Shown one piece after another: positions 43,352 through 51,836 of a DNA stretch of 64,000 bases. The DNA lies in NCBI GenBank assembly GCA_964388215.1, contig CAYLZI010000001.1, positions 6,980 to 70,979 on the forward strand, given 5' to 3'. Under the pieces are notes generated by a model. It did not search any database. It had not been told where the DNA came from and worked only from the letters and a program-made list of their open reading frames with translations. Source of the stretch: an uncultured Anaerolinea sp. Its GTDB lineage: Bacteria; Chloroflexota; Anaerolineae; Anaerolineales; Villigracilaceae. The position numbers were made by a program, and so were the translations under genes. Position 1 is the first letter of the stretch. Each line of letters opens with the position of its first letter.

Positions 43352-44686
43352 TTATAACGCCAGCGCAAACGGGCGTTCAATGAGTTGCTTCACGCGCTGG
43401 AGGAATTTCGCGGCGGGCGCGCCGTCTACCAAACGGTGGTCGAAGGACAGGCTGAGCGCCATCATCTCACGCAGGATAATTTGCCCGTTCAAGCCGACCG
43501 GTTTCGAGGCAATCCGACCAACGCCCAGGATGGCGCATTCGGGCGGGTTGATGAGCGGGGTGAAGGCGTCAATTTCGTACGCGCCCAAGTTGGTGATGGT
43601 GAAGGTTCCGCCGCTCAATTCGTCGGGCAGGCTGCGGCTTTGGGTGGCGCGCTCGGCCAGGCTGTTGATTTCCTGATTAATCTGGCGCAGACTTTTAGCG
43701 GGGACCTCGCGCACGACCGGCACGAGCAACCCGCGCGGGGTATCCACCGCCAGGCCCAGGTTGATGCCCGGCATGGTTTGCAGGCCGGTTTCGGTCAGTT
43801 GGGCGTTGAGATTGGGATGTTCAGCCAGGGCGAGGGCGACGAGGCGCATGAGCAGGGCGTTGTAGGAAATTTTCTCGTTTTGAGCGGCCATCTCAGCGTT
43901 GAGTTGCTGGCGGGCGGCCACCAGGTTGGTGGCGTCGGCTTCGGTGGTCAGGGTCACTTGCGGTCGTTCGCGCCAACTCTGCGAAAGGCGCTCGGCGATA
44001 ATGCCGCGCAGTCCGCTCAGGGGAAACGGGGCGGATGGGGCGGGCTTGCCGACGAGTGCTTTTTCGACATCCCCGCGCATGATGCGTCCACCCGCGCCGC
44101 TGCCGGGCACGGAGGCCAAATCCAGCCCGGCTTGTTCGGCGGCGCGCTGGGCGACAGGCGAGGCTTTGACTGTGGGTTTTGTCTCGACGTTGCTCGACAA
44201 CCGTGCTGCAGCGCGTTGGACATCCTCCGTCACAATCATGCCGCGAATCCCGCTGCCACTGATTTCTTCTAATGAGATGTTCAACTTCCGCGCCAGAGTC
44301 CGCGCTTTGGGGCTGGCGGGCGAGGTGTCAGGTGATGAGGTGTCAGGCTTGCCCTGAGACTGGTCGAAGGGTGTCAGGGAGGGAATGTCGGATGTTGGAT
44401 TTTCACCGCTGACGGCGTGATGTCCGCTGACGGTTCCGCCGCTTAACGTTCCCACCGGGGAAAGCACCGGCACAGTCACATCCACCGGGGTCGAAATTTT
44501 CAAATAGCCATTGGCAGGCGCTTCGATTTCGACGGTGGACTTTTCATTTTCGATGATGAAAAGCGTCTCGCCTTTGTTGGCCCACTCGCCATCGGCTTTG
44601 ACCCATTCGATGATTTTGCCTTCGGTCATGGTCAGGCCCAGGCGGGGCATGACCACTTGATAGACTGCTGTATCTTTTTCTGCCAT
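43352..44686 (-). CDS. 2-oxoacid dehydrogenase E2 (dihydrolipoamide acyltransferase) with one lipoyl and two subunit-binding domains
   Basis: Lipoyl domain IIENEKSTVEIEAP. PSBD 1 is SPKARTLARKLNISLEEISGSGIRGMI. PSBD 2 is SPVAQRAAEQAGLDLASVPGSGAGGRI. Catalytic SFDHRLVDGA. Confidence 0.9.
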   Translation of the reverse strand: MAEKDTAVYQVVMPRLGLTMTEGKIIEWVKADGEWANKGETLFIIENEKSTVEIEAPANGYLKISTPVDVTVPVLSPVGTLSGGTVSGHHAVSGENPTSDIPSLTPFDQSQGKPDTSSPDTSPASPKARTLARKLNISLEEISGSGIRGMIVTEDVQRAAARLSSNVETKPTVKASPVAQRAAEQAGLDLASVPGSGAGGRIMRGDVEKALVGKPAPSAPFPLSGLRGIIAERLSQSWRERPQVTLTTEADATNLVAARQQLNAEMAAQNEKISYNALLMRLVALALAEHPNLNAQLTETGLQTMPGINLGLAVDTPRGLLVPVVREVPAKSLRQINQEINSLAERATQSRSLPDELSGGTFTITNLGAYEIDAFTPLINPPECAILGVGRIASKPVGLNGQIILREMMALSLSFDHRLVDGAPAAKFLQRVKQLIERPFALAL

Positions 44687-44689
44687 GGT

Positions 44690-45532
44690 TTACTCCGGGT
44701 GGACACCTGGAACCACAGGGTGGACACTTGGGTCCACCCCGACGAATATTTGTTTGACGCGCTCGAAGGCGGCGGTTTCGTTGTCAGAGGGGCTGAATTC
44801 CATGCCAATCAGGCCGTCGAAACCCAGTTGGCGCAGTTTGCGGGCCAGGTTGGGGAAGTTGATTTCGCCGGTGCCTGGTTCCTGGCGGGTAGGCGAATCG
44901 CCGATGTGGAAGGTGGGATACAGACCCCAGTAGGCTTCCATGCCGTACATCAGGTTGCCGGCGGTGCGCTGTTGGTGATAACAATCGAAAGATAGCCGCA
45001 ACTGGGGATGGTTAAATCGCCGCACCCAATCCGCCGCCAGGTCATGGTCATGCACCAGTACGCCGCCCTGGATGTGGAACTCGTTGAGGGCCTCGACCCA
45101 CACCTCGACCTTCGTCTGTTCGACCAGTTTCATAATTTTCTCGGTCTGGTTGAGCAGGTTGGCGTATTGCTCGGCCTCGGTCACGTTACGCGACAGGCGG
45201 CGGGTCCACTCTTTGCCGTCCACGATGTCAATTTGATTGGAAAAGATGAAAAGGTGTTCCACGCTGTAGCGTTCAGCCATTTCGAGGCTTTCGGCCCACG
45301 AGCGCAGGGTCTTTTCGTTATCTGCCGGGTCGGCCAGCGAACCCATGTCCTCGTCGAAGGTCGAGTTGATGATTCCGCCCAGGCGCTTGCATTCCGCAGA
45401 AAGTTCGGCAATGGGCGCGCTGCGCCAGCACCAGACATCGTAACGTTTGACGCCCAAATCCATGAAGGGAGCGACGCGCTCGACCATCGGGCGGTCTTTG
45501 AACCAGAAATCAAGGTAGCCGGTGAATTCCAT
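44690..45532 (-). CDS. Xylose isomerase-like TIM-barrel protein (hydroxypyruvate isomerase/sugar-phosphate epimerase family)
   Basis: 280 aa. The family layout (MEFTGYLDFWF..., NEFHIQG, HIGDSP, EINF) sits between the E1 beta and E2 genes. Confidence 0.75.
   Translation of the reverse strand: MEFTGYLDFWFKDRPMVERVAPFMDLGVKRYDVWCWRSAPIAELSAECKRLGGIINSTFDEDMGSLADPADNEKTLRSWAESLEMAERYSVEHLFIFSNQIDIVDGKEWTRRLSRNVTEAEQYANLLNQTEKIMKLVEQTKVEVWVEALNEFHIQGGVLVHDHDLAADWVRRFNHPQLRLSFDCYHQQRTAGNLMYGMEAYWGLYPTFHIGDSPTRQEPGTGEINFPNLARKLRQLGFDGLIGMEFSPSDNETAAFERVKQIFVGVDPSVHPVVPGVHPE
44697..44739. repeat. Direct repeat GGGTGGACAC(C/T)TGG x2 plus hairpin GGGTGGAC/GTCCACCC just upstream of the E2 start
   Basis: Repeats at 44697-44710 and 44718-44731; inverted arm at 44732-44739. 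Encodes the C-terminal tail VHPVVPGVHPE of the upstream gene. Confidence 0.7.
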
Positions 45533-45585
45533 GTATATCTCATCCTTTCGGGCAGATACATAGGTCTGCCCCTACGGGCCCGCCG

Positions 45586-46566
45586 TTATTTGTTCCAAAA
45601 ACTGCGCGCAGCCCTGACGACATCCTCCACGCCCGGCAGAACGTTTTGCTCCAGTTCGGGGCTGTAGGGCAAGGGGACGTTTTTCGCGCCAACGCGCAGG
45701 ATGGGGCCGTCGAGATATTCGATGGCGCGTTCAGCCAGTACTGCGGCGATTTCCGCACCCGGCCCAGAGCGGACGTGCGCTTCGTGGGCAATGACCACCC
45801 GTCCGGTTTTTGCGACCGAGTCAATCAGGCCTTGGGCGTCGAGCGGGACGAGAGTGCGTGGGTCAATCACCTCGGCGTCAATTCCCTCGGCTGCCAATTT
45901 TTCGGCGGCTTGCAGGGCTTTCTGTACCATAATGCCGATTCCAATGATGGTCACGTCTTTGCCGGAGCGCAGGATGTTGGCTTTGCCAAACGGCACGCTG
46001 AAATCGGGGTCGGTGGGGACATCGCCTTTCAAACCATAGAGCATTTTGTGTTCAAAGAACAGCACCGGGTCTTGCCCGCGCAGGGCGGTTTTGAGCAGGC
46101 CTTTGGCATCGGCAGCGGTGGCGGGGACAACAATTTTCAGTCCCGGCACGTTCATAAACCACGATTCAGGGCTTTGCGAGTGCTGGGCGGCAGCGGAACC
46201 GGGCGAGCCGCTGGTAACTCGGATGGTGAGCGGCACATTGGCCTTGCCACCGCTCATAAAGCGCGCTTTGGCTACCTGGTTGACAATCTGGTCTCCCGCG
46301 CACATCAGGAAGTCGCCGAACATGATTTCAGCAATCGGGCGCATCCCGCTCATTGCGGCTCCCAGCGCGCTGCCGATGATGGCAATTTCAGAAATAGCGG
46401 TGTCGCGCACTCGCTCTGGCCCAAACTCTTCCAACATGCCGTTGGAGACGCCCCACACCCCGTTAAATATGCCCACATCTTCGCCCATCAGGAAGACGTT
46501 CGGAACGCTGCGCATTTCTTCGCACATCGCTTCGCGGATTGCTTCGGAAAAAGTAATTTCACGCAT
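45586..46566 (-). CDS. 2-oxoacid dehydrogenase E1 beta subunit
   Basis: 326 aa. EAIREAMCEEMRSVPNVFLMGEDVG, VRDTAISE and the transketolase-like C-terminal domain. Confidence 0.9.
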   Translation of the reverse strand: MREITFSEAIREAMCEEMRSVPNVFLMGEDVGIFNGVWGVSNGMLEEFGPERVRDTAISEIAIIGSALGAAMSGMRPIAEIMFGDFLMCAGDQIVNQVAKARFMSGGKANVPLTIRVTSGSPGSAAAQHSQSPESWFMNVPGLKIVVPATAADAKGLLKTALRGQDPVLFFEHKMLYGLKGDVPTDPDFSVPFGKANILRSGKDVTIIGIGIMVQKALQAAEKLAAEGIDAEVIDPRTLVPLDAQGLIDSVAKTGRVVIAHEAHVRSGPGAEIAAVLAERAIEYLDGPILRVGAKNVPLPYSPELEQNVLPGVEDVVRAARSFWNK

Positions 46567-46578
46567 TGTTTTCCTCGC

Positions 46579-47601
46579 TTAAAAAACCAGTCCATCGTGG
46601 GTGTCGGCATAGACACCCGCTAAGGCGTCTTCGGGCGCGAGACGGGGGGCAGCGGCGGCAAAGGCCACCGCTTCATTGAGCGCGGCAAAGACCTGGCCCT
46701 GAATTTCCTCCAGATGGCCGTCATCCAAAACACCGGCTTTAAGCACCTGGGCGCGGAAGGCGGCAATCGCATCGCGGGCTTTCCAGGATTCGATTTCCTC
46801 GACGCTGCGATAAACCTGGGGGTCGCCCTCGTAGTGTCCGCGCCAGCGGTAGGTTTTGGCCTCGATGAAGGTCGGCCCCTGCCCGGAACGGGCGCGCTCG
46901 GCGGCGGCGCGGACGGCTTCATAAACCGCCAGCACATCGTTGCCGTCCACAATCACGCCGGGCATGCCGTAACCAGCAGCGCGGACGGCCAAATCGGTGA
47001 CCGGTGTGCAGCGATGCATGGCCGTGCCTTCGCCGTACAGGTTATTTTCACAGAAAAAGATGACCGGCAGTTTCCAAACCCCGGCCTGGTTGGCCGCTTC
47101 GTGGAAGGCGCCTTCGTTGGTGGCGCCATCGCCGAAGAAAGCCAGGGCGAGGTGGGGCTGTTTTCGCATGGAAAAAGCCAAAGCCGCGCCCACCGCAATC
47201 GGGATACCGCCGCCGACGATTCCGTTCGCTCCCAAGATGCCGAGGTCGAAATCGGCCATGTGCAGCGAACCGCCGCGTCCCAGGCAGTAACCAGGCGAAC
47301 GGGCGGCCAGTTCGGCCATCATGTATTTCGGGTCGCCGCCTTTGGCAACCAGGTGGCCGTGTCCGCGATGCGTGCTGGTAATCACATCGTCTTTGGTGAG
47401 TGCCAGGCACGCGCCCACAGCGGTGGCTTCCTGCCCAACGCAGGAGTGGATGAAGCCGGGAATCAGGCCGCCGTGCCGTTCCTCAATGGCGCGCAGTTCA
47501 AACTCGCGCGCCATGTTCATGCGCCGGAACATCTCGGCCAGCAATTCCACGGGGTATCTCGTCCCCATGCTTTTTTGGGGGTGGGTAAGGGGATTGTCCA
47601 T
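46579..47601 (-). CDS. 2-oxoacid dehydrogenase E1 alpha subunit (TPP-binding)
   Basis: Start trimmed to ATG 47601 (AAGGAG upstream). TPP motif GDGATNEG...NN, plus YRWRGH. Confidence 0.9.
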   Translation of the reverse strand: MDNPLTHPQKSMGTRYPVELLAEMFRRMNMAREFELRAIEERHGGLIPGFIHSCVGQEATAVGACLALTKDDVITSTHRGHGHLVAKGGDPKYMMAELAARSPGYCLGRGGSLHMADFDLGILGANGIVGGGIPIAVGAALAFSMRKQPHLALAFFGDGATNEGAFHEAANQAGVWKLPVIFFCENNLYGEGTAMHRCTPVTDLAVRAAGYGMPGVIVDGNDVLAVYEAVRAAAERARSGQGPTFIEAKTYRWRGHYEGDPQVYRSVEEIESWKARDAIAAFRAQVLKAGVLDDGHLEEIQGQVFAALNEAVAFAAAAPRLAPEDALAGVYADTHDGLVF

Positions 47602-47645
47602 GTTGCTCCTTGATTCGGGCGGATACACAATCCGTCCCTGCTTGG

Positions 47646-48989
47646 TTAGGCCGCCCACAGCCGTTTGGCGGCGGCGCGCGCGTTTGCTTTGAGTTCAGTC
47701 CAGTCTACATTCAACACCTGTCCATCACGCATGAGCGTTTTGCCCGCCACAACGGTGGCCTTTACATCGGAGGCGTGACAGTAGAGCAGGAGTTGGTCGT
47801 ACAGGTTATGCTCTTCGAGCGGGGTGGGTAAATCGGGGACGATGAGCTGGAAATCGGCCTGCCAGCCGGGTTCCAGCCGCCCAACCCCTTCCAGGCTGAT
47901 GGCTTTTGCGCCGCCCTCGGTCGCCATATACCAGACTTCGTGAGCGGGCATGACCTGCGGGTTGAGATGAGCGGCCTTGTGAATTAAGAATGCTCCGCGC
48001 ATGACCTCGAAGAAATCGTGGATGTAGCCGTCGCTGCCCAGCCCGACGGTAATACCGGCCTGCAACAGTTGCGGCACAGGGGCAATCCCGCCGCCGACTT
48101 CGCAGTTCGAGAGCGGCATGTGGGTAGCGCTGACCCCTCGCGCGGCCATCAACTCAATTTCATCGGGCGAGAGTTGCACGCATTGCGAGGCCAACATCCC
48201 ACTCCGCTGCGCTTCGGGGACTTTGCCCGGCCCCAGTACGCCCAGGCTGTCATAATAGAACATCGGGCGCATTCCAAATTTCTCGAGGCAGTATTTCGGC
48301 TCATAGACGCCCTCCGAAACATGGGCATGAGTCAGCGCGCCACGTTTCAAAGCCATCTCGAATGCCTGGCGGATGAAATCGGCATTGCAGGTGAAGGTGG
48401 TGTGGAAACACATCATCCCGGTCAGCAGCGAACCGACTGGACGCGAATCGATAAATTCAGCGTTTTCGCGCAGGCCGAGTTGGGCATTTGCTTCCGAAAC
48501 GCGCTGGGTGGCCTCGAAGGACAGGATTCCGCGCAGGCCGCGTTTTTCGAGCAGATTGGCCTGGGCCTTCAAGATTCCCGGCAGGGCGTTGGGGGCTTCC
48601 TGGCAGTCGTAAAAGGAGGTGATTCCGCTCTGTACCATGCGCGCGGTCTGAATGTCGGTGGCAGCGCAAATCATCTCGATATCGAGGCGGTTTTCGATGC
48701 GAGGCCACCAGAATTCTTCAAGGAAGTCCCAAAAGCCGATGGGGACTGATTGCATGGGAATCCCATGCGCCAGGACTCCATACAGGTGGGTGTGGGCGTC
48801 CACGAAACCGGGGGCCAGCACCCGTCCGGGCGCGTCCCAGACTTCATCGTCGGGGTAGTGCTGGCGCAGGTCGGCGTGGGGGGCCACGTCGCTGACGCGG
48901 TCAGATTCAACGCGAATCCCCCAGCCCTTGCGCGGGGACTCACGGGGGGAGGTGATTACCCACTCGGGCAGGACAATTAAATTTGGCAT
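47646..48989 (-). CDS. SsnA-like amidohydrolase
   Basis: Start trimmed to ATG 48989. Motifs GFVDAHTHLY, FWWPRIENRLD...SGITSFYDCQEAP...LRGILSFEATQR and GSDGYIHD track E. coli SsnA as recalled. Contains a 9-codon family 2 insertion. Confidence 0.8.
   Translation of the reverse strand: MPNLIVLPEWVITSPRESPRKGWGIRVESDRVSDVAPHADLRQHYPDDEVWDAPGRVLAPGFVDAHTHLYGVLAHGIPMQSVPIGFWDFLEEFWWPRIENRLDIEMICAATDIQTARMVQSGITSFYDCQEAPNALPGILKAQANLLEKRGLRGILSFEATQRVSEANAQLGLRENAEFIDSRPVGSLLTGMMCFHTTFTCNADFIRQAFEMALKRGALTHAHVSEGVYEPKYCLEKFGMRPMFYYDSLGVLGPGKVPEAQRSGMLASQCVQLSPDEIELMAARGVSATHMPLSNCEVGGGIAPVPQLLQAGITVGLGSDGYIHDFFEVMRGAFLIHKAAHLNPQVMPAHEVWYMATEGGAKAISLEGVGRLEPGWQADFQLIVPDLPTPLEEHNLYDQLLLYCHASDVKATVVAGKTLMRDGQVLNVDWTELKANARAAAKRLWAA
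48198..48228. repeat. Family 2 element, single copy, in frame inside the SsnA-like gene
   Basis: CCCACTCCGCTGCGCTTCGGGGACTTTGCCC versus CCCGCTCCGCTGCGCTACGGGGACTTTCCCG in the AOR gene, 28 of 31 identical. Translated KVPEAQRSG. Confidence 0.8.
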
Positions 48990-50133
48990 GAAAATTGCCT
49001 CGCTTCTTGATACTTGCGTCCAAATTTGCAAAAGGAGTGCGCGGGGCCAGGTTGTTGCCCTCGCGCAGGACAAAACGCCCGCCCTCGCAGATACCTGAGT
49101 TCAGGATGCGCCGGGTTTCCTCGCGGACGGCATCGGGGGTTCCGTTGAGCAGCAGCATGATGTTCGGGCCGCCGTGAATCAGCACTTCCGGACCAAGTTC
49201 CTGCCTGAGTTTTCCGAAGTCAACCGGGAAGCCGGTTTCGAATTCCCGGGCGTTGATTTCATCGCGCAGGGTTTTGAAGTGGCGGGTCGCGTCGCCGCAT
49301 AAGTGAACTTTGACGCGGCTTGGAGAACCGAGCCCAACGATGAGCTTGCGATAAACCGGGACGAGGAATTCCCGCAGCATTTTAGTCGAAATCAACTGAA
49401 TAGAATCGTCGGCAAAGAATAGTTCCTGCCCGGAGGCCGACAAACCGAAAAACTGCATGTGGGCGCGGATGCGCTGGATGGTGCCTTCGGTGATGTAATC
49501 GAGCAGGTCGCGGGCGTATTGCGGGTCTTCGTACAGGTCGGTCAGGAAATCGCCGCCGCGCAGGGCAATCGCCAGCGTAAACGGGCCAGAAGTCCAGATG
49601 CCGAAGGGCGCCATGCGGATGGGGCTTCCATGATAGGTTGGATTCCGATGGATGCGCTCGCTCATCTCGTCGAAGATTTGATGGGCTTTGGCATACCAGC
49701 CGCCTTTGAGCGGGTCGGGCAGTCCCAAATCTTTGAAAGCATTTTTGTGTTCACCGTCGAAAATAGGTTTGGTATCTGGAACCTGGTTGGGGAGAAATAC
49801 CACCGGAGCGCCGAAATAGGCAGCTTCGTCGTAGTTCTGCAAATCAACCTTGGCGAGGAACTCATCCGGCAACCCGATGGGGTCGTCGCAATAGGGGGCA
49901 ATCTTCTCGACGCGCCAGGCCTGGCTGCGCAACTGGAAACCGAGCATGGTCGCGGCCTCGGTCGAGTAAGACTCAAAAGTGACCGCTTCGCCAGGGTTCA
50001 GGTCGTCGTTGAAGATGAAGAACTGGGTCGCTGTACCTAACTGTACCGGCGGGCGTATCGGCTGCCCAGCACGGAAGGCTTCCAAAATGGCTCTGGATTC
50101 TTCATTGTGCTTTGCGTTCTCTGCAATGTACAT
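48940..50133 (-). CDS. URO-D fold family protein (paralogue)
   Basis: Start trimmed to ATG 50133, because the longer ORF overlaps the regulator gene. Motifs VKVHLCGDATRHF, LIHGGPNIMLL and GGRFVLREGNNL. Its 3' end overlaps the next gene by 50 nt. Confidence 0.7.
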   Translation of the reverse strand: MYIAENAKHNEESRAILEAFRAGQPIRPPVQLGTATQFFIFNDDLNPGEAVTFESYSTEAATMLGFQLRSQAWRVEKIAPYCDDPIGLPDEFLAKVDLQNYDEAAYFGAPVVFLPNQVPDTKPIFDGEHKNAFKDLGLPDPLKGGWYAKAHQIFDEMSERIHRNPTYHGSPIRMAPFGIWTSGPFTLAIALRGGDFLTDLYEDPQYARDLLDYITEGTIQRIRAHMQFFGLSASGQELFFADDSIQLISTKMLREFLVPVYRKLIVGLGSPSRVKVHLCGDATRHFKTLRDEINAREFETGFPVDFGKLRQELGPEVLIHGGPNIMLLLNGTPDAVREETRRILNSGICEGGRFVLREGNNLAPRTPFANLDASIKKRGNFHAKFNCPARVGNHLPP

Positions 50134-50158
50134 AGTCCTGTGAATACCTTTTGATGGT

Positions 50159-50710
50159 TTAGAACACCGGCGGGGTGATAACTGAAATCCAGCGCGTGCC
50201 GCACTCACAAGCGCAGCGGATTTCGAGCAGTTGAGCGCCGTTAAAGTAGACAGAGTCGCCCGCTTCAAGGGTATATCGCCCGTCATCCAAGCCGACAATG
50301 AGCGAGCCTTCCAAGACAAAAATCATTTCTTCGGTTTCGACACTCAGGCGGCGGGCGATGTTCTCGCTGTTGTATTTGATATGCCCAATGATGGATTCAA
50401 ATTTACCAGTCAGGTCAGGAGTCAGCAGTTCGTAAGAGACACGTTCGTCATCCAGGTCTATCATTGGGCGGTTATCGGCGCGCACAACGGGCAATTCGGA
50501 GTGGGGTTCAGTGAGAAAATACATCATGGGAACGTTGAGCGCGTCTGAAATTTTTTGCAGCGAAGCAAGCGAAGCGTTGGTGACGCCGCGTTCAAGCTGG
50601 CTAAGAAAAGAGGCCGTCAAGTCAGTTTTTTCGGCCAGCTCGCGCAATGAAAGCCCCAGAATAGCGCGCCGACGGTTAAGCCGCTTTCCAATGACAAGCA
50701 TATCAGTCAT
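50159..50710 (-). CDS. XRE-family HTH regulator with C-terminal cupin domain
   Basis: HTH LSLRELAEKTDLTASFLSQLERG. Cupin IFVLEGSLIVGLDDGRYTLEAGDSVYF. First gene of the co-directional island. Confidence 0.85.
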   Translation of the reverse strand: MTDMLVIGKRLNRRRAILGLSLRELAEKTDLTASFLSQLERGVTNASLASLQKISDALNVPMMYFLTEPHSELPVVRADNRPMIDLDDERVSYELLTPDLTGKFESIIGHIKYNSENIARRLSVETEEMIFVLEGSLIVGLDDGRYTLEAGDSVYFNGAQLLEIRCACECGTRWISVITPPVF

Positions 50711-50881
50711 AAATTCCTCCTTGCTTTACGTTTGTAAAGTATAACTTTACTTTTGTATTATATCAAGATTGAAATTAAATTCAATAGCCTACGGCATCGT
50801 GGGCAGGGCTTTCTCAAGAAAGCAAGCTTCTTCATCCCACCTGCCCCTCTACCCTGGCATCATGGTAAACTACAGGAAGAA

Positions 50882-51041
50882 ACTTTTATCTAGCCACCGT
50901 ACAGTTTCAAAATTGGACGCGGACGAGCGCCGATAAACGCGGAAAAATCATTTTTATTCCGAAGAAAGTTAAGAAAAATTCCGCGTTTTCAGCGTCAATC
51001 CGCGTCCGAAAAACAAAGTGTCTGGTGGCTAGACTTTTATC
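50882..51041. mobile_element. MITE-like palindromic element (142 bp) with 9-bp direct target-site duplication
   Basis: ACTTTTATC at 50882-50890 and 51033-51041. Termini are TAGCCACC ... GGTGGCTA. Nested inverted repeats are GGACGCGGA/TCCGCGTCC and AAACGCGGAA/TTCCGCGTTT. No coding capacity. Confidence 0.65.
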
Positions 51042-51052
51042 AGGAGCAAACA

Positions 51053-51772
51053 ATGACCCACCTGTTATATCAGACTGATGCGTATCTCAAGGAATTTAGC
51101 GCAAACATCACAGATGTTGATGAAGCCGCGCGCGCAGTCATCCTCGACCAATCGGCATTTTACCCCGGCGGGGGCGGCCAGCCCTACGATTTGGGGACGC
51201 TGGTCATTGACGGCGCGACATACCCCGTAACACAAGTTAAAAAACCAGGCTCAGACACGCTGCACTTTCTTGTTGGAGATGCGAATCTGCCGGCAGTTGG
51301 CGCGGCTGTAACAGGTTTCATTGATTGGGAACGCCGCTACAATCTGATGCGTACGCACACCGCCCTGCACATCCTATGCGGATGCGTATTCCGCGATTAT
51401 GGCGCGCTGGTAACGGGCGGCAACATGGACCCACTCGAAGGGCGCATGGATTTCGAATTCGAGACCCTGCGCGGAGAGTTGGTCGGTGAAATCGAGGCCG
51501 CCATCAACCGCGAGGTGGCTGCTGCGCGCGCGGTGCGCGTCAAAATCTTGCCGCGCGAAGAAGCCTTCCAAATCCCTGACCTGATTCGCACAAAAATCAA
51601 CCTGCTGCCCGAGGGAATAACCGAAGTGCGCACCGTCGAAATCATCGGACTAGATTTGCAAGCCGATGGCGGCACGCACGTCCAAAATACATCTGAAGTA
51701 GGCAGCATCAAGGTGATAGATTACAAGTCAAAAGGCGCAATCAATAAACGGATTTACATCAAAATTCTGTAA
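51053..51772 (+). CDS. alaX: AlaX-type alanyl-tRNA editing protein (tRNA synthetase second additional domain)
   Basis: 239 aa. Motifs LYQTDAYLKEF, FYPGGGGQP, RTHTALHIL (HxxxH) and DGGTHV. Confidence 0.8.
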   Translation: MTHLLYQTDAYLKEFSANITDVDEAARAVILDQSAFYPGGGGQPYDLGTLVIDGATYPVTQVKKPGSDTLHFLVGDANLPAVGAAVTGFIDWERRYNLMRTHTALHILCGCVFRDYGALVTGGNMDPLEGRMDFEFETLRGELVGEIEAAINREVAAARAVRVKILPREEAFQIPDLIRTKINLLPEGITEVRTVEIIGLDLQADGGTHVQNTSEVGSIKVIDYKSKGAINKRIYIKIL

Positions 51773-51836
51773 CGCGAATTTTTTCGCGCCGCAACCCGAT
51801 AAAAACTTTGCGATAGACCTGTTTGCGCAAGGAAAC

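Noticed and set aside
51773-51788. Hairpin CGCGAA-TTTT-TTCGCG after alaX as a terminator
   Set aside because: The stem is only 6 bp and no U-run follows, so it is too weak to list as a feature.
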